In this document: piece after piece, positions 12,214 through 23,149 of the stretch
Layout of the letters: each line of letters begins with the position of its first letter
Position numbering within the stretch: position 1 is the stretch's first letter
NCBI GenBank assembly: GCA_900088475.1
Contig: FLMG01000529.1
Span: forward strand, 1-64,000
Direction of reading: 5' to 3'
Source: Hyphochytrium catenoides
Lineage: Eukaryota > Protista > Hyphochytriomycota
Length of the DNA: 64,000 bases
The notes under the pieces: generated by a model
Told to the model about the DNA's origin: nothing
Database searches by the model: none
Seen by the model: only the letters and a program-made list of their open reading frames with translations
Position numbers and translations under genes: made by a program

Positions 12214-15200
12214 ATGGCAGAGTCAGAGGAGGTCAGGCTGGATGAGAAGACTAAGGAGAACCTAAAAGTCCTTAGGACTATGTTAGGGCCAGATGTCGAT
12301 AATGCGACCCTTCTCTACTTCCTAGATGGTGCAGGTACTCTTTCTGATCTCGTTGTTACAGGGAGCCCTGCAAGGCCGGTCTAGATATTGACTCTTGTTT
12401 GTCAATGACCAATAGGGGGCAACATAGAAACAGCTATCAATCACTTCTTTGCCTCAGATGGCAAGATTGAGAAGCATAACCTCCGCAACAAGGGTGCGGC
12501 TGGCTCTCACGCCTTAGCTGGAGCAGTCGCCGAGCCCACTAGTGGGACTTCAAGGAAGGAGGAGGTAGACAAAAGGAAGGCGGCTTTGCCTCGGCTTCAG
12601 ATGCACAATGCTACCCATGGGCCTTCTACTCAGGTGGCTGCCAGCAGAGGTCCGGGCTTGGTTGCACCACCTCCTCCGTCAGCGACTGCAAACACCGCGA
12701 CGGCAGCACCAGCAGAGCCACTCGCAGCAACATCGGACAGGTCGCCAGCAGCAGATTCTCAGGCTACCACCGTCCGTCTAGGCAAAGAAGAAGCCAGGGC
12801 TGCGGACAGTGAAGAAAAACAAGCTTTCGAAGGAGAGGAGTTTGAGGTCATCTTACAGGACAGCCATCCCAAATGGACATTGCTTAGTATCTTTGGGAGA
12901 GCAGTTGTGCAATCGGTAGATGTCCTTGGGCCAGCAGCCAACCTTGGCATACAGGTACTGAGTCCCCTCTTAGGGAGGCTGCATCTGATTGTCTGGTGCT
13001 AATCTTGCCCTTGCCTGTGCGTAGCGATCCGATGTATTAGTGCGGTGTGGCTCGACGCCCGTAGGGATGAATAACGCGTCCTCAGTAGTGGACTACCTAA
13101 CCTCTGGAGAGATTGAAACTCCTATTGCCTTGTGCTTCAGAAGAGCTGCGAATCAAGGCCAGCGCTCCCCCCACCCAAGGAGTCCTAAGATCGAGCCGAG
13201 CGAGTCTTCAGCCCGGAGAGTGGCTACTCCTACGGCTTCTATGCGCCAGACGGGTCCGGATGGACTGCAGAAAACTCTTAGCAAGATGAAGGAGGCGGTA
13301 GGCAGGGATGCCCCAGAAGAGGTCATGATGTTCTTCTTAGCGAACGCAGGAGGAGACCCTGACCGTGCCGTAGACTTATACTTCACGGCAGATGGAATGA
13401 TGCCCGACTTCAGAGGTATTGTTGGCGCTTCAGGGTCCAGTGGAGCCGCTGACAAAGATCCAAGCGGAGTGTTTGATACGTGGGAGACCTACAGTGTAGA
13501 GCTTCCTCCTGGGCCATTTGGAATGACGGTAGAGAATGTTTTGGAGCGGACGGTAGTAGTAGCTATCAAGAATGGAGGTAGTGCCAGCCAAGCTGGGGTG
13601 GTTGAGAACTCTTTGTTGGTCTCTGTCAATGGAAAATCTGTTACAGATCTGACACATAAGGAAACTCTCCAAGAGATCGAGACTGCCAAACGGCCTTTGA
13701 AGCTTGAATTCCGCAAAATTCCCGAAGAGCAGATGAACAGGTTAAGAGCTCAGTTGGCGCTATCAGTTCGACAGATTAACAACCCGGCCTACAGCAAGCG
13801 AATGCAGCTTCAGCATGTCACGTTCAGAGACATTGTGCCGAAAGTCTCTCAGATTCTGCTAGCGATGCCACGATCAGCACGTCGGCGTCTTTGTCAACAA
13901 CTAGACCTTATCCAGGTAGTTGAAGCTGATGTCCTTCATGGTGGGGCATCACCTTCACCAGTCAGCCCTGTCTTTGACTCCGCTAATGACTTTGATGACT
14001 TTGACGAAACATATGACGATGCTTACATCGGTATGGTAAGGCGCAGAGCGGAAGATGCCAAGGCTGTTGCAGATAGCCGGTTGAATAGGACCGGGAGCTT
14101 CAACTTCGAGGAAAATGATCCTGGAGCAGCCGCAGAGTTGGACACCCTGCTGTCCTTTTACAAGCAGATACACAACGTCCCAGAAGACGAACAGGAAGCT
14201 ATAATTGCACTGGTAGAAGTTCTAGGCACATTGGGAGAGGCATGGGAAGGTGCAAAGCCCGAGCATCGGGGTCGAGCAGACTCGGACGTTAACCAAGATG
14301 AGCCTTCTCGCTATCGGTCTATCTCTTTTACACGAGATCTCGACACTCGACTCCTGGCTCTGGTACTTTCGGTGTTGGAGTCCCTACTGACGATCGAGAA
14401 CCATGTGGTTTGGGACACCACGATCAAGGCGCTCCAGACGCTGGCCAGCCGAGTGCCTAACTACGAGGTTTCCAGACAGTTTGTCCCTCTTCTAGCAAGA
14501 CTGAATGTTGCCAACAACTTTACTTGCAGAGTAGCTACGGCTGCGCTATTTCCTTACGTGTATCCTGAGGTTACCAGTGACGTCAAGGTTCAGCTCCGTG
14601 GCCTCTATGACCGCATCTGTAACGATGACTCTGCCATAGTGCGCCGGGGGGCTGCTGACACCCTGGCCAAGGCTGCGGAAGCTGTTGGTGTTGACAGTGT
14701 GCAATGGGTTATGCTGATGTTCGAAAAACTAGCAGCGGATCAGCACGACGTCGTCCGTGGGTTCTGCGTTGATAATTGCGTAAAGCTGTCAGACCTTATT
14801 CCTCGGATGATCCAAGCCCACGCGGAAAGGCATCCAGATCTCTTGCAGGAGATGCTGCAGACCAGCCGATTGGTTAAGATGAGAGTGGTTCCTGTGATCA
14901 GCAATTGCGCAGTAGATAGCTCCTGGCAGGTGCGTTTTAAAATCGTATCGAGGATGCCAGAGCTGATCGCTAATTTGGGCACGGACTACGTGGATGTCCT
15001 GGTAGATTACTTCATGCCTCTATTGAACGATCAGCAACCTGAAATTCGTGCTGAGGCAGCGGGCAAGGTCGGAGAAGTATGTCTGGCCCTGCAGAATCTG
15101 ACGCAGATGCAACAGCCAGAAAGCACAGTATCAGTCGAGGCAGTTGCAAAGGTTCGGGATGTCTTCCGGCAACAGCCACAGAAGTTGACTCTCACAGCTG

Positions 15201-16156
15201 TCAGAGAGAAGATTGTGGGGTCCATCTTGCCTGCTATCGCCTATCTGGCGGCAGATCACGCTGTAGAGGTCAGAAAGGAACTTGCTGTTTCAACGGCTGA
15301 GCTAGTACCAGTCCTAGGACCGGACTTCACCGCTGAGCACCTCGTACCTATTATCTTCCAGCTGTTTGAGGACCCGTCACCCATGGTACAAGCCACATTA
15401 GCCTCATCATTGGCGGGTCATGGGTCACATCTGGATTCACTAATATTGACGGATTATTTGCTACCAGTGGTGGAGCAGTTAGCCTCGCACAAGTCCTGGC
15501 GGATACGCTACTCAGCTTTAGAGTGCATAGCAAAGCTGGCCGCGGCACTGTCCTGTTCGCGCCTGCCTTCAGGATTTGCCACCATCTGCCTCCAGGCTAT
15601 GGGTGACGCAGTCTGTGATGTCCGGAAAGGGGCAGTTCAAAACCTCATACCACTGATAACAAGCTGTGGGAAGGAATGGCTCCAGTCGCATGTGGTTCCG
15701 TTCGTACTGTCCTACTTCAAGCAGGACCATCAAAAGCGGTTGATAGCACTTGAAGCGGTTGAGACTCTCTCTAATTCTGAACATGCAGACACTGTCTGCA
15801 ACGTCTTAGGGGAGGCGGTGTTAGAAGCGATGGGCGACAAGGTCCCAAACGTTAGGCTCAAAGCTTGCGAAGTGGCTGCAAACATCGCGCCCAAGATCTC
15901 CAAAGATTTGAAAGCAAGAGTGGAGGGGTCACTAAAGAAACTACTTGAAGACAGCGACATGGACGTACGGTGGTTTGCGATGACTGCTCTTGAGGCCTAC
16001 GGTGTGCATGTGGATGCGAGAGGAGGCATTGTCAAGGGGCCTGAAGAAGCAGTAGATAATGATATGGATGGTGAAGCGTCGGATTCAGAGTATCTGAGTC
16101 CTGACAGTACCTCACCTGTCATGAAGCCTGTCAAGGAAACATTAGCTTCTGTCTAG
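12214..16156 (+). CDS. PP2A scaffold (A/PR65)-like HEAT-repeat protein with an N-terminal UBA/CUE-like-PDZ-UBA-like-PDZ extension (3 exons)
   Basis: HEAT motifs FVPLLARL..NFTCRVATAALF, CNDDSAIVRRGAA, DQHDVVR, DSSWQVR, LLNDQQPEIR, HKSWRIR, DAVCDVR, DKVPNVR, DSDMDVRWFA. UBA-like FLDGAGGNIETAINHFF and FLANAGGDPDRAVDLYF. PDZ GPFGMTV..SASQAGV..LVSVNGKSV..THKE. Introns at about 12335-12415 and 12954-13024. Confidence 0.85.
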
Positions 16157-16163
16157 AGGATCA

Positions 16164-16230
16164 AAGCTCCTCTAAATACATTATACTTTCTGAAACCTCA
16201 AGCTCCTCTGAATACACTATACTTTTGAAA
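16164..16230. repeat. About 36-bp imperfect tandem duplication in the 3' UTR
   Basis: aagctcctctaaatacattatactttctgaaa and aagctcctctgaatacactatacttttgaaa. Confidence 0.75.
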
Positions 16231-16695
16231 GCTGCTGAGACAATGATAGTGCCCCTCTCCACGAGTATAGGGGAGAGTTGCTTCAAGTTCTGACAATGGT
16301 CATCCATCAGAACTTTACCCTCATGATGTACCCGACTAATAACTCAAACAAGCTCCGCAGGTAGGGTGAGGCGAAGACGATAGACTTTGTCCACTATGTG
16401 CCAGCCCATGACGATATATGCTTCAACGCCCTGACACCGCCCATGCAATCCCTGGAAAGTAGAACATTTACACCCGTCCGTCCCTCCGGACCTACATAGA
16501 AATTTTTGCGTCTGCGACCCGCCAGCAGGTATCACCCTACACTCTGACCCCTCAGACCACAGGCATGGACACGCTAGCGGCCCCTAGAATATTAAGTCAC
16601 CTTTGGACTCCATCTCCCACCTCAATCCGTCAATGTTTAGCGCCAGCATTAATGTATTGAACAAGGCCTGATTAAGGAGAAAACTTAAATGGTGT

Positions 16696-17320
16696 CTAGG
16701 CCTTGAGGGCAAACCGTCTCATGGGGAAGTACGCATCCCTCTTTGCCTGTCTCACAGTCTTGAGAGAAGCCTCGTGCTTGGTCAGAGCGCGGCGCTTAGC
16801 GCGGGTGGTCTTCTTCCGGAGATCCTTAGGAAGGTACTTGCTGTTCGCCAGGAAGTTGCGAAGCTGCACAGAAGGAAAAGTCTTGAATTAACCACAGCAA
16901 GGAATTAACAAACATGGTATGTATGTAAACTTACGCGCTCCTTCTGAGTCTGGTTGTACACGGTAAGTACGCGCGCAATAGACTTTCTTACGACGGAGAT
17001 CTTAGAAAGTCTAGATGCTGCGCCACCGGTGACCTTAGCTACACGGAGCTACAGGAACAGTCAGCAAATCCGTACCGCCTCACGTCCGGTAGAAGTCGTA
17101 CCTGTGCAAGCTCATTCTTGAGCTCCTCCAACTGCTTGAGGAGCTCGGCCTTGTTCTTAGACCTTAGCTCGTGAGCCTTGACCTTTGCCACTACAAGCAA
17201 CCAAAGAACGGTTAGCTACGCCATTCCCCTGTGCTTTTGTAAGCCTTTACAGAGCACTTCTCATCACTCTACTTTCCTATCACTAGAACACTCCTTTGCC
17301 CTGTCACTTTACTTACCCAT
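16696..17320 (-). CDS. RPL35: 60S ribosomal protein L35 (uL29); exons 17320-17317, 17190-17102, 17048-16935, 16863-16696
   Basis: Spliced product [105 protein letters not shown]...RRFALKA. Absent from the ORF track. Confidence 0.97.
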
Positions 17321-17938
17321 GATGCCTTATATAACCGATGATGCCGGCTGCCAACAGAATGAGATTTGCGAGCTTCGAGCTTCAGCTGTCATCGCCAGCA
17401 CAATCCAATACCATTTCTCCTCTCATGCCGCGCCGCCGCCACCACTCGCTAGCGGGTCCAGACCTACTACAGCCTAAGCCCCTCTTAGCCTAGGCTGAAC
17501 GCTATATTACTACTACGTCTATAGCATACACCATTGTTAGAGCCAAGCTAACGTCCAGCTATCCTCCAGTACTACTATCATAGTTACTATCTACATCAGG
17601 CCACCCGTGATTTGAAGAATCTGATCTCTGCTTGGGTTGAGATGTGACCTTATTATTGGGTCTTTGGCTTACGTGGATACATTCAGTATACGGAGGTTCC
17701 GCTATGAGAAGTAGTAATACCATTGGAGTCAAATAAGTCTTCCACAGTTTGTTTGAGAGCCACGTGGGGCCGACGAAGGCCCAGCAGATTCCCTCATGGC
17801 TTCACAGATCTGCTTCTTAGAGATCAATGCAGCATCTGCAAGCCCATCAGTTGACTATCCTGGTCTCGCACAAGCATCTCCCGACCCCCAGAGAACAGCT
17901 CTAGAGAAGGTTACAGTGAACTGATTGAACAAATAGCC

Positions 17939-18203
17939 ATGTCGGACGTCAACGCGCTCGTTATACAACCTCTTAGACAGTTCGCCAAGAACAGCGCTCA
18001 CCTCGTAAAGAAATGCACCAAGCCTGACAGAAAAGGTAAGTATCTCCCTTAACTTTTTGAGACACATTTCACGTCTAACGTCATGGACAGAGTTCTCAAG
18101 AATTGCAGCTGCCACGGGCATTGGATTCCTGATGATGGGCTTCATCGGGTTCTTTGTGAAGCTCATTCACATCCCAATCAACAACATTCTTCTGGGGGCT
18201 TAG
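17939..18203 (+). CDS. SEC61G: Sec61 translocon gamma subunit (2 exons, intron 18036-18090)
   Basis: [69 protein letters not shown]. Confidence 0.97.
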
Positions 18204-18508
18204 GTGGGCAGTACCCGTCATTAAACTAGAAAGTTAGGGGTGCTATAGAGCTGTGGGGTAAGGCGATGGCTTCGGTTCAGTCGCTTCGTCGTGGCAGGGC
18301 ATCCTGTTTCAGAACGCAGCCTGAACCAAGTCGGACCTTTTGGCATTGACGTTTCCTTCTCCTAGTAGCCGATACGCCGCATTGGCGCCACGTCTCTACT
18401 TCGTCGTCCCCAGGCGCCATATAGGACAGCAGAGACTTTCAAATTAAATATATATTTGCTACTCGAGACGACACGGACAAGTGCACAAGAGGCCCTCTCG
18501 TCATAGCC

Positions 18509-20170
18509 TTAGAACCGTGACATCAGCCAAGGCGCTTGTTTGTTCAGCTCCAAACTATCGACCCGGTCGAAGTAACTCGCGACCTCATGGCTTTTTATCT
18601 CCGACAGAGCTTGGTGCCATCTAGGTGCTTGATCTTTGTCCACCAGGACCGCTCTTACGCCCTCGTAGAAGTCTGAGCCTGGAGTCATAAATTGCTGCAG
18701 CATCGATTAAAAACTGGTGCAGAAAAGCGGTTGCCCGCTGAAGAACGTACCAGAGCGACTTTATACTCCATGTCCAGACACTGGTTGATGGATAGATGTC
18801 TACCTCTGCGTAAGCACTCTAGCGACACCTGGATAACAAGAAGTAAGATACCGCATCTAGCTCTCAAGGATTAGTTCGTGGTTCTTTGATTTCCGCATAC
18901 CTACCTTTAGACTAGTGGGCGATAGCCTCATCATATCTTCCAGAACTTTCCTGGTCCAAGCTGTGCCTAGTACATGCATGATCTTGCGATTATGTAAAGG
19001 CATTCTTATGTCTAGCCATAGACACCTTTACCTTGGGCTTGTAGTGCTTGTAATATCTTCTCAATCGTGTCGTGTTTAAAGCAGTTTTCAATCTCTGAGG
19101 CATGCTGCGCTAGCTCGGATGCACCGATGGTGGCGATGTCCGAAACAGTGTATTGGCGAAGCACAGCTTCCACACTGTCCTCATCGACAGAAGTTAAAGC
19201 TTTGAGTTCAGCTTCTAGTGAAGGAATGTCATCTGATTTAACGAAATGCGTGGCTAGCCCACTAATGACGGTGTCGGGAGCGCTGAGCCTACAAAAGGTA
19301 TAAATTTAGTAGTCTTATACGTGGACCCTTCTGCTTGAAATATATTCTTACCGTCTTGCAGTCAAGGATATATACGTCCCATAGCATCGTGGCAGTCTGG
19401 ATAGTACATACGATGCTAGAGCAAGATTTTAGACCAAGTGTTCCGTCTTCGAAATGGCCATCATAAGAACATACCTCCTACGTCAGGAAAGAACCCGATG
19501 TGTCCTTCGGGAAAAGAAAAGACTGTCTTCTCTGTAGCCAACCTATACCTTCCCAGCAGCGAAATGCCGGCCCCGCCACCCATGACAAAGCCATCCCATA
19601 AGGAAACCTCGTGAACATCTTATTGTGAATGCCACGGATCAGGAGAAGTATTCCTCCTTCCTCCAAACAGCTGTACTTATTCAATAGGTGACAGGTTATT
19701 ACCTGTACTACTGGGGCCTCGGCAGCCGTACGTGCTACAAAGGCATATTCTTTATAGAAGAAGTTGCGGCACCATGCAAAATCACCCGCAAGACCAGCTT
19801 CCCGCAAGCGAGCCACATCTCCACCTGCACAGAATGCCCTTCCCCCGGCACCTAGACGCATCTCAGACTGTGCATCTCTCATCAGGGCATCAGAATAAGC
19901 CTTATCAGTCCTTCCTACCTTTCAGCAGGACGACACGTCTTTCACCACTCGCAGCCCACGTATCCCACAGCTCACTGAGGGTTGCAATCATTCTCAAGTT
20001 CCTATAATTGAGGAGAAGAGATCGTAGGATGGGTTCAGCCTAAAGTATTGTCATCGAGCAGGGGCTGCAACAAAGACATACAAGCAATTCAGCTTCTTAG
20101 GCCTGTTAAGGATGATGGTACTTGTGACACCACACTCTAGATGCTGAACTTCTTCTGGCACTTCCTCCAT
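18509..20170 (-). CDS. HIBCH: 3-hydroxyisobutyryl-CoA hydrolase (crotonase family), multi-exon
   Basis: IILNRPKKLNCL, GAGGRAFCAGGDV, FFYKEY, FSFPEGHIGFFPDVG, LSPTSLK, DFYEGVRAVLVDKDQAPRW. Confidence 0.92.
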
Positions 20171-21856
20171 TATGCCAGGTCTAACAGGTATGATTGATTG
20201 GGTCCTGACCTAGCTGTAACAAATTTTCAGCCTTTGTCTGCGAGTGTACGACTAGAAAGCGCCACTGTAAAAAGAGAGATCGAGACTTCGTGCGGAAGAA
20301 CGCAAGTTAACAAAATCATCGTCTTCTCCCCATTCCCCTACTGGGAACACATCGTCATAGGTCATAGAATAAGGTGACAGCTTCCTAAGGAGGCAAGCTG
20401 TGTGCTGCTCAATGAGACCTGAACACGTCTGCACCTTGGGAATGGAGATGTTGGGGTGTGATGCTGATGAGCTTCGTGATGAGAGTCACAGTGATGGAAA
20501 TCGGATGATCGGTTGCGTACGTGCTGTACCTTATTTGAGAGGCTGTTTCTGGCTCCTACTACTTCCTACTACTTACTTGTACTACTGAGGACCGACGATG
20601 TACACAGGCCATAGTTGTACACTGGCCAGATGGCTGATTGATAGCCGGTAACGCTCGGTAATCAGCCCCGACCTGGAACATACAGAGTTGAGTTTACAAG
20701 GCCGTTACATTGCCAATAAAAGTTCTCTTGGTCTCAGTAATGCTCAAGATACGCCATCATCGAAGGTTGACTATCAACTGAGGGGCAGAACGAGGAAAAC
20801 GGGATGAGCTATTATTAAAGAGAGTCGGGATGAGCTATTTGCAAGGAGTGTGCTGGTAGCAGAATGCCGTTAGTGCTTGTCCTCAGTACTAAGGCTACCT
20901 ATACTTCTCGAGAAGTCGCTCTCTTCAGTGGCCGGTAGGTGGTTCACTCACCTTGCACGATGTGGCAAAGAGCAAATTCCTGGAGAAGGAAACAGTGAGC
21001 GTTCCCGGTCCTACGTAGCCTACCGCTTTAGTCAGTCAAATCTTCTCATATCCATGAAGGACAGACGTTAGACCGTGCAGGAGGACAGGAATCCTTCAAT
21101 CTGGTCTCTGGAACTTTTGCTGTGTCGGATAGTGTCTGATTATCCCGTGGCTCAACATACGTCGAGATTAGTATTACGGTGGAGACTCAGCAGCAACCAA
21201 ATCAGCATTGTTGCGGTCAACAGGAAGTACCACCATTATCTTTCGCTGGTTCCATAATGGAGACCTCGACCTACGGTCTATCAGCTCGTCTCCGTCTATT
21301 GGATCATTTAACATCCACAGGAGCCCATCACATCTACTACTGCAGTTTTATCTTATCAAGGCTACCAGATTACCTTCTCTGCTGCAGGGCAACACGGACA
21401 TTGCTGGCCTTCGTTTAAACCCTATATAAGCCTAACGAAGCCTTACTCTAGCTGGTGGGACGAGGATAGATGAGGCTATTAAGGTAAAACCTTTCAGGAG
21501 TAAGTGACTGGCGGCTTCATGGGCAACCGCTCCTTTTTGCCAGATCGACTAGCCCGTCATTAGCTATCGCGTATTGTGTCCTACTCTTGTGTGATCAGTG
21601 TCACTCATAGAGGTCACAGAGGCGGTACTTGCCACAGACATCTGTCAGACGCTCCTTTTAGGTTCTCTGTGCCTTCTCTCTATACTTTGAATGTTAGCGT
21701 ACCTATAGAACTGCCCTTATCGTCAATACTTGTAGCTATGTTAGTTTACCTAGAAGTCTGCCCAAGACCACCGCTACTGACATGCCCAAAAGAATTAGAC
21801 GCCACAGCAGGTACAAAAAGCAACGCGTATGTACAGCCAAGACTAGCGTTATCCTG

Positions 21857-22297
21857 TCACTTCACGTCTCTACGTTTTTCATACTCTTCCCTTAGCTTGC
21901 TGTGATCCTCTCGACTTTTTTCTGCGATCTTGTCGTACCGAAGTTTCTCCTTGTTGGGCAGATCACGCCACATTTCACCGGTTAGAACCATAATATCTCT
22001 CATGCTCAGGCTGGGATGCTTGAGGCGAAGCTTTTCTCGATGCTCGTTGGCAAAGATCATGTACGAGCTAAGCGGCCCTTTAGGAGCATCTGGGTCCTTC
22101 ACTTTCTTTCTTTTTCTCTTGCGTCCATCTAAGTCGTCTCTCAAGCGTTCCGTTAAAGCCGCTGCTTTCTTCCTCTTGCTATCGAGTTTCTCTAAGTGTT
22201 CGACATAGCTCCCAAAAATTTCTGAAAGCTCCTTGAAGGCTGCTGCAACCGTAGCTTCAACTGTGACCAGCCCCTTTAGCTTCTTCTTTGGGGGCAT
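21857..22297 (-). CDS. HMG-box protein (HMGB/NHP6-like)
   Basis: RKKVKDPDAPKGPLSSYMIFANEHREKLRLKHPSLSMRDIMVLTGEMWRDLPNKEKLRY. The ATG of MPPKKK follows a probable 5' UTR intron. Confidence 0.9.
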   Translation of the reverse strand: MPPKKKLKGLVTVEATVAAAFKELSEIFGSYVEHLEKLDSKRKKAAALTERLRDDLDGRKRKRKKVKDPDAPKGPLSSYMIFANEHREKLRLKHPSLSMRDIMVLTGEMWRDLPNKEKLRYDKIAEKSREDHSKLREEYEKRRDVK

Positions 22298-23149
22298 CCT
22301 ATGGATGGAATTGGCTAATGAATGATAATGCAGCAGGGAGCAGAACGGTGACCTTAGGATAGTGATTTGCATACCTTCTTCTGTGTTGTTGTTATAGATT
22401 CTTTGTGCTTTGAGTTATCAGGCATGTACGCACTAGAATGCTAGCCTCCTCAAAAGATCCATAACCCGTGAAGCGGTTGCCTCTCTTTAGTTGAGCCAAT
22501 AATGCGAAAGAGATCGCACGGTAACGTCCCGACCGGTCCGTATGGATTGGGCTAAGGCACCGACACAGAGAGGAGGAGGTTCAGGATGTGGGTACAATGT
22601 GTTTCTTGACACAATTTACCGAGTAGCCCGTGCAGTCACGAAATGACTCTTCACGGAGGGCAACTACCCCGGGGATCTCTGACCGAGCAGATTATCCACA
22701 GGATGCTTTGAATTCGCCTTCCGAAATATATACTGGGGCGGGCGCTGATGGTAGAACCTGACGTCTGAGTGCCTGAAGCTGTACTGGGACGCTGATAAGC
22801 ATGAACAACGGAAAGACTACTAGGATAGCTACGATATAAATGAATCCCACCAAACGGCACTGCCTGCAGCCTCTGAAATATTGATTCTTACTTGTATGCA
22901 GAGACCTCCGCGAAGACCCACTTTTGAAGTTCTTGCACATGCTGTCAAGCATCGCATTCGTACCGCCGACCTGCATCCTAGTCGTTAGCCTCCTAGTGAT
23001 GGACAAGTTAATCATCGTTTTATTACCGTCGTTAACAGCTCTCCGTCTAGAACCTTCATGTAGGGACGAGATACTGTACTCGTACAACGTTCCTGAGGGC
23101 TCAAGAGAGATCCGATGATCTCTCTTTGGCAATACCAGCACTGCTATTC

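Noticed and set aside
22692-23141. 149-aa ORF with a hydrophobic stretch
   Set aside because: Non-ATG start, no recognised homology, and adjacent to the LTR relic.
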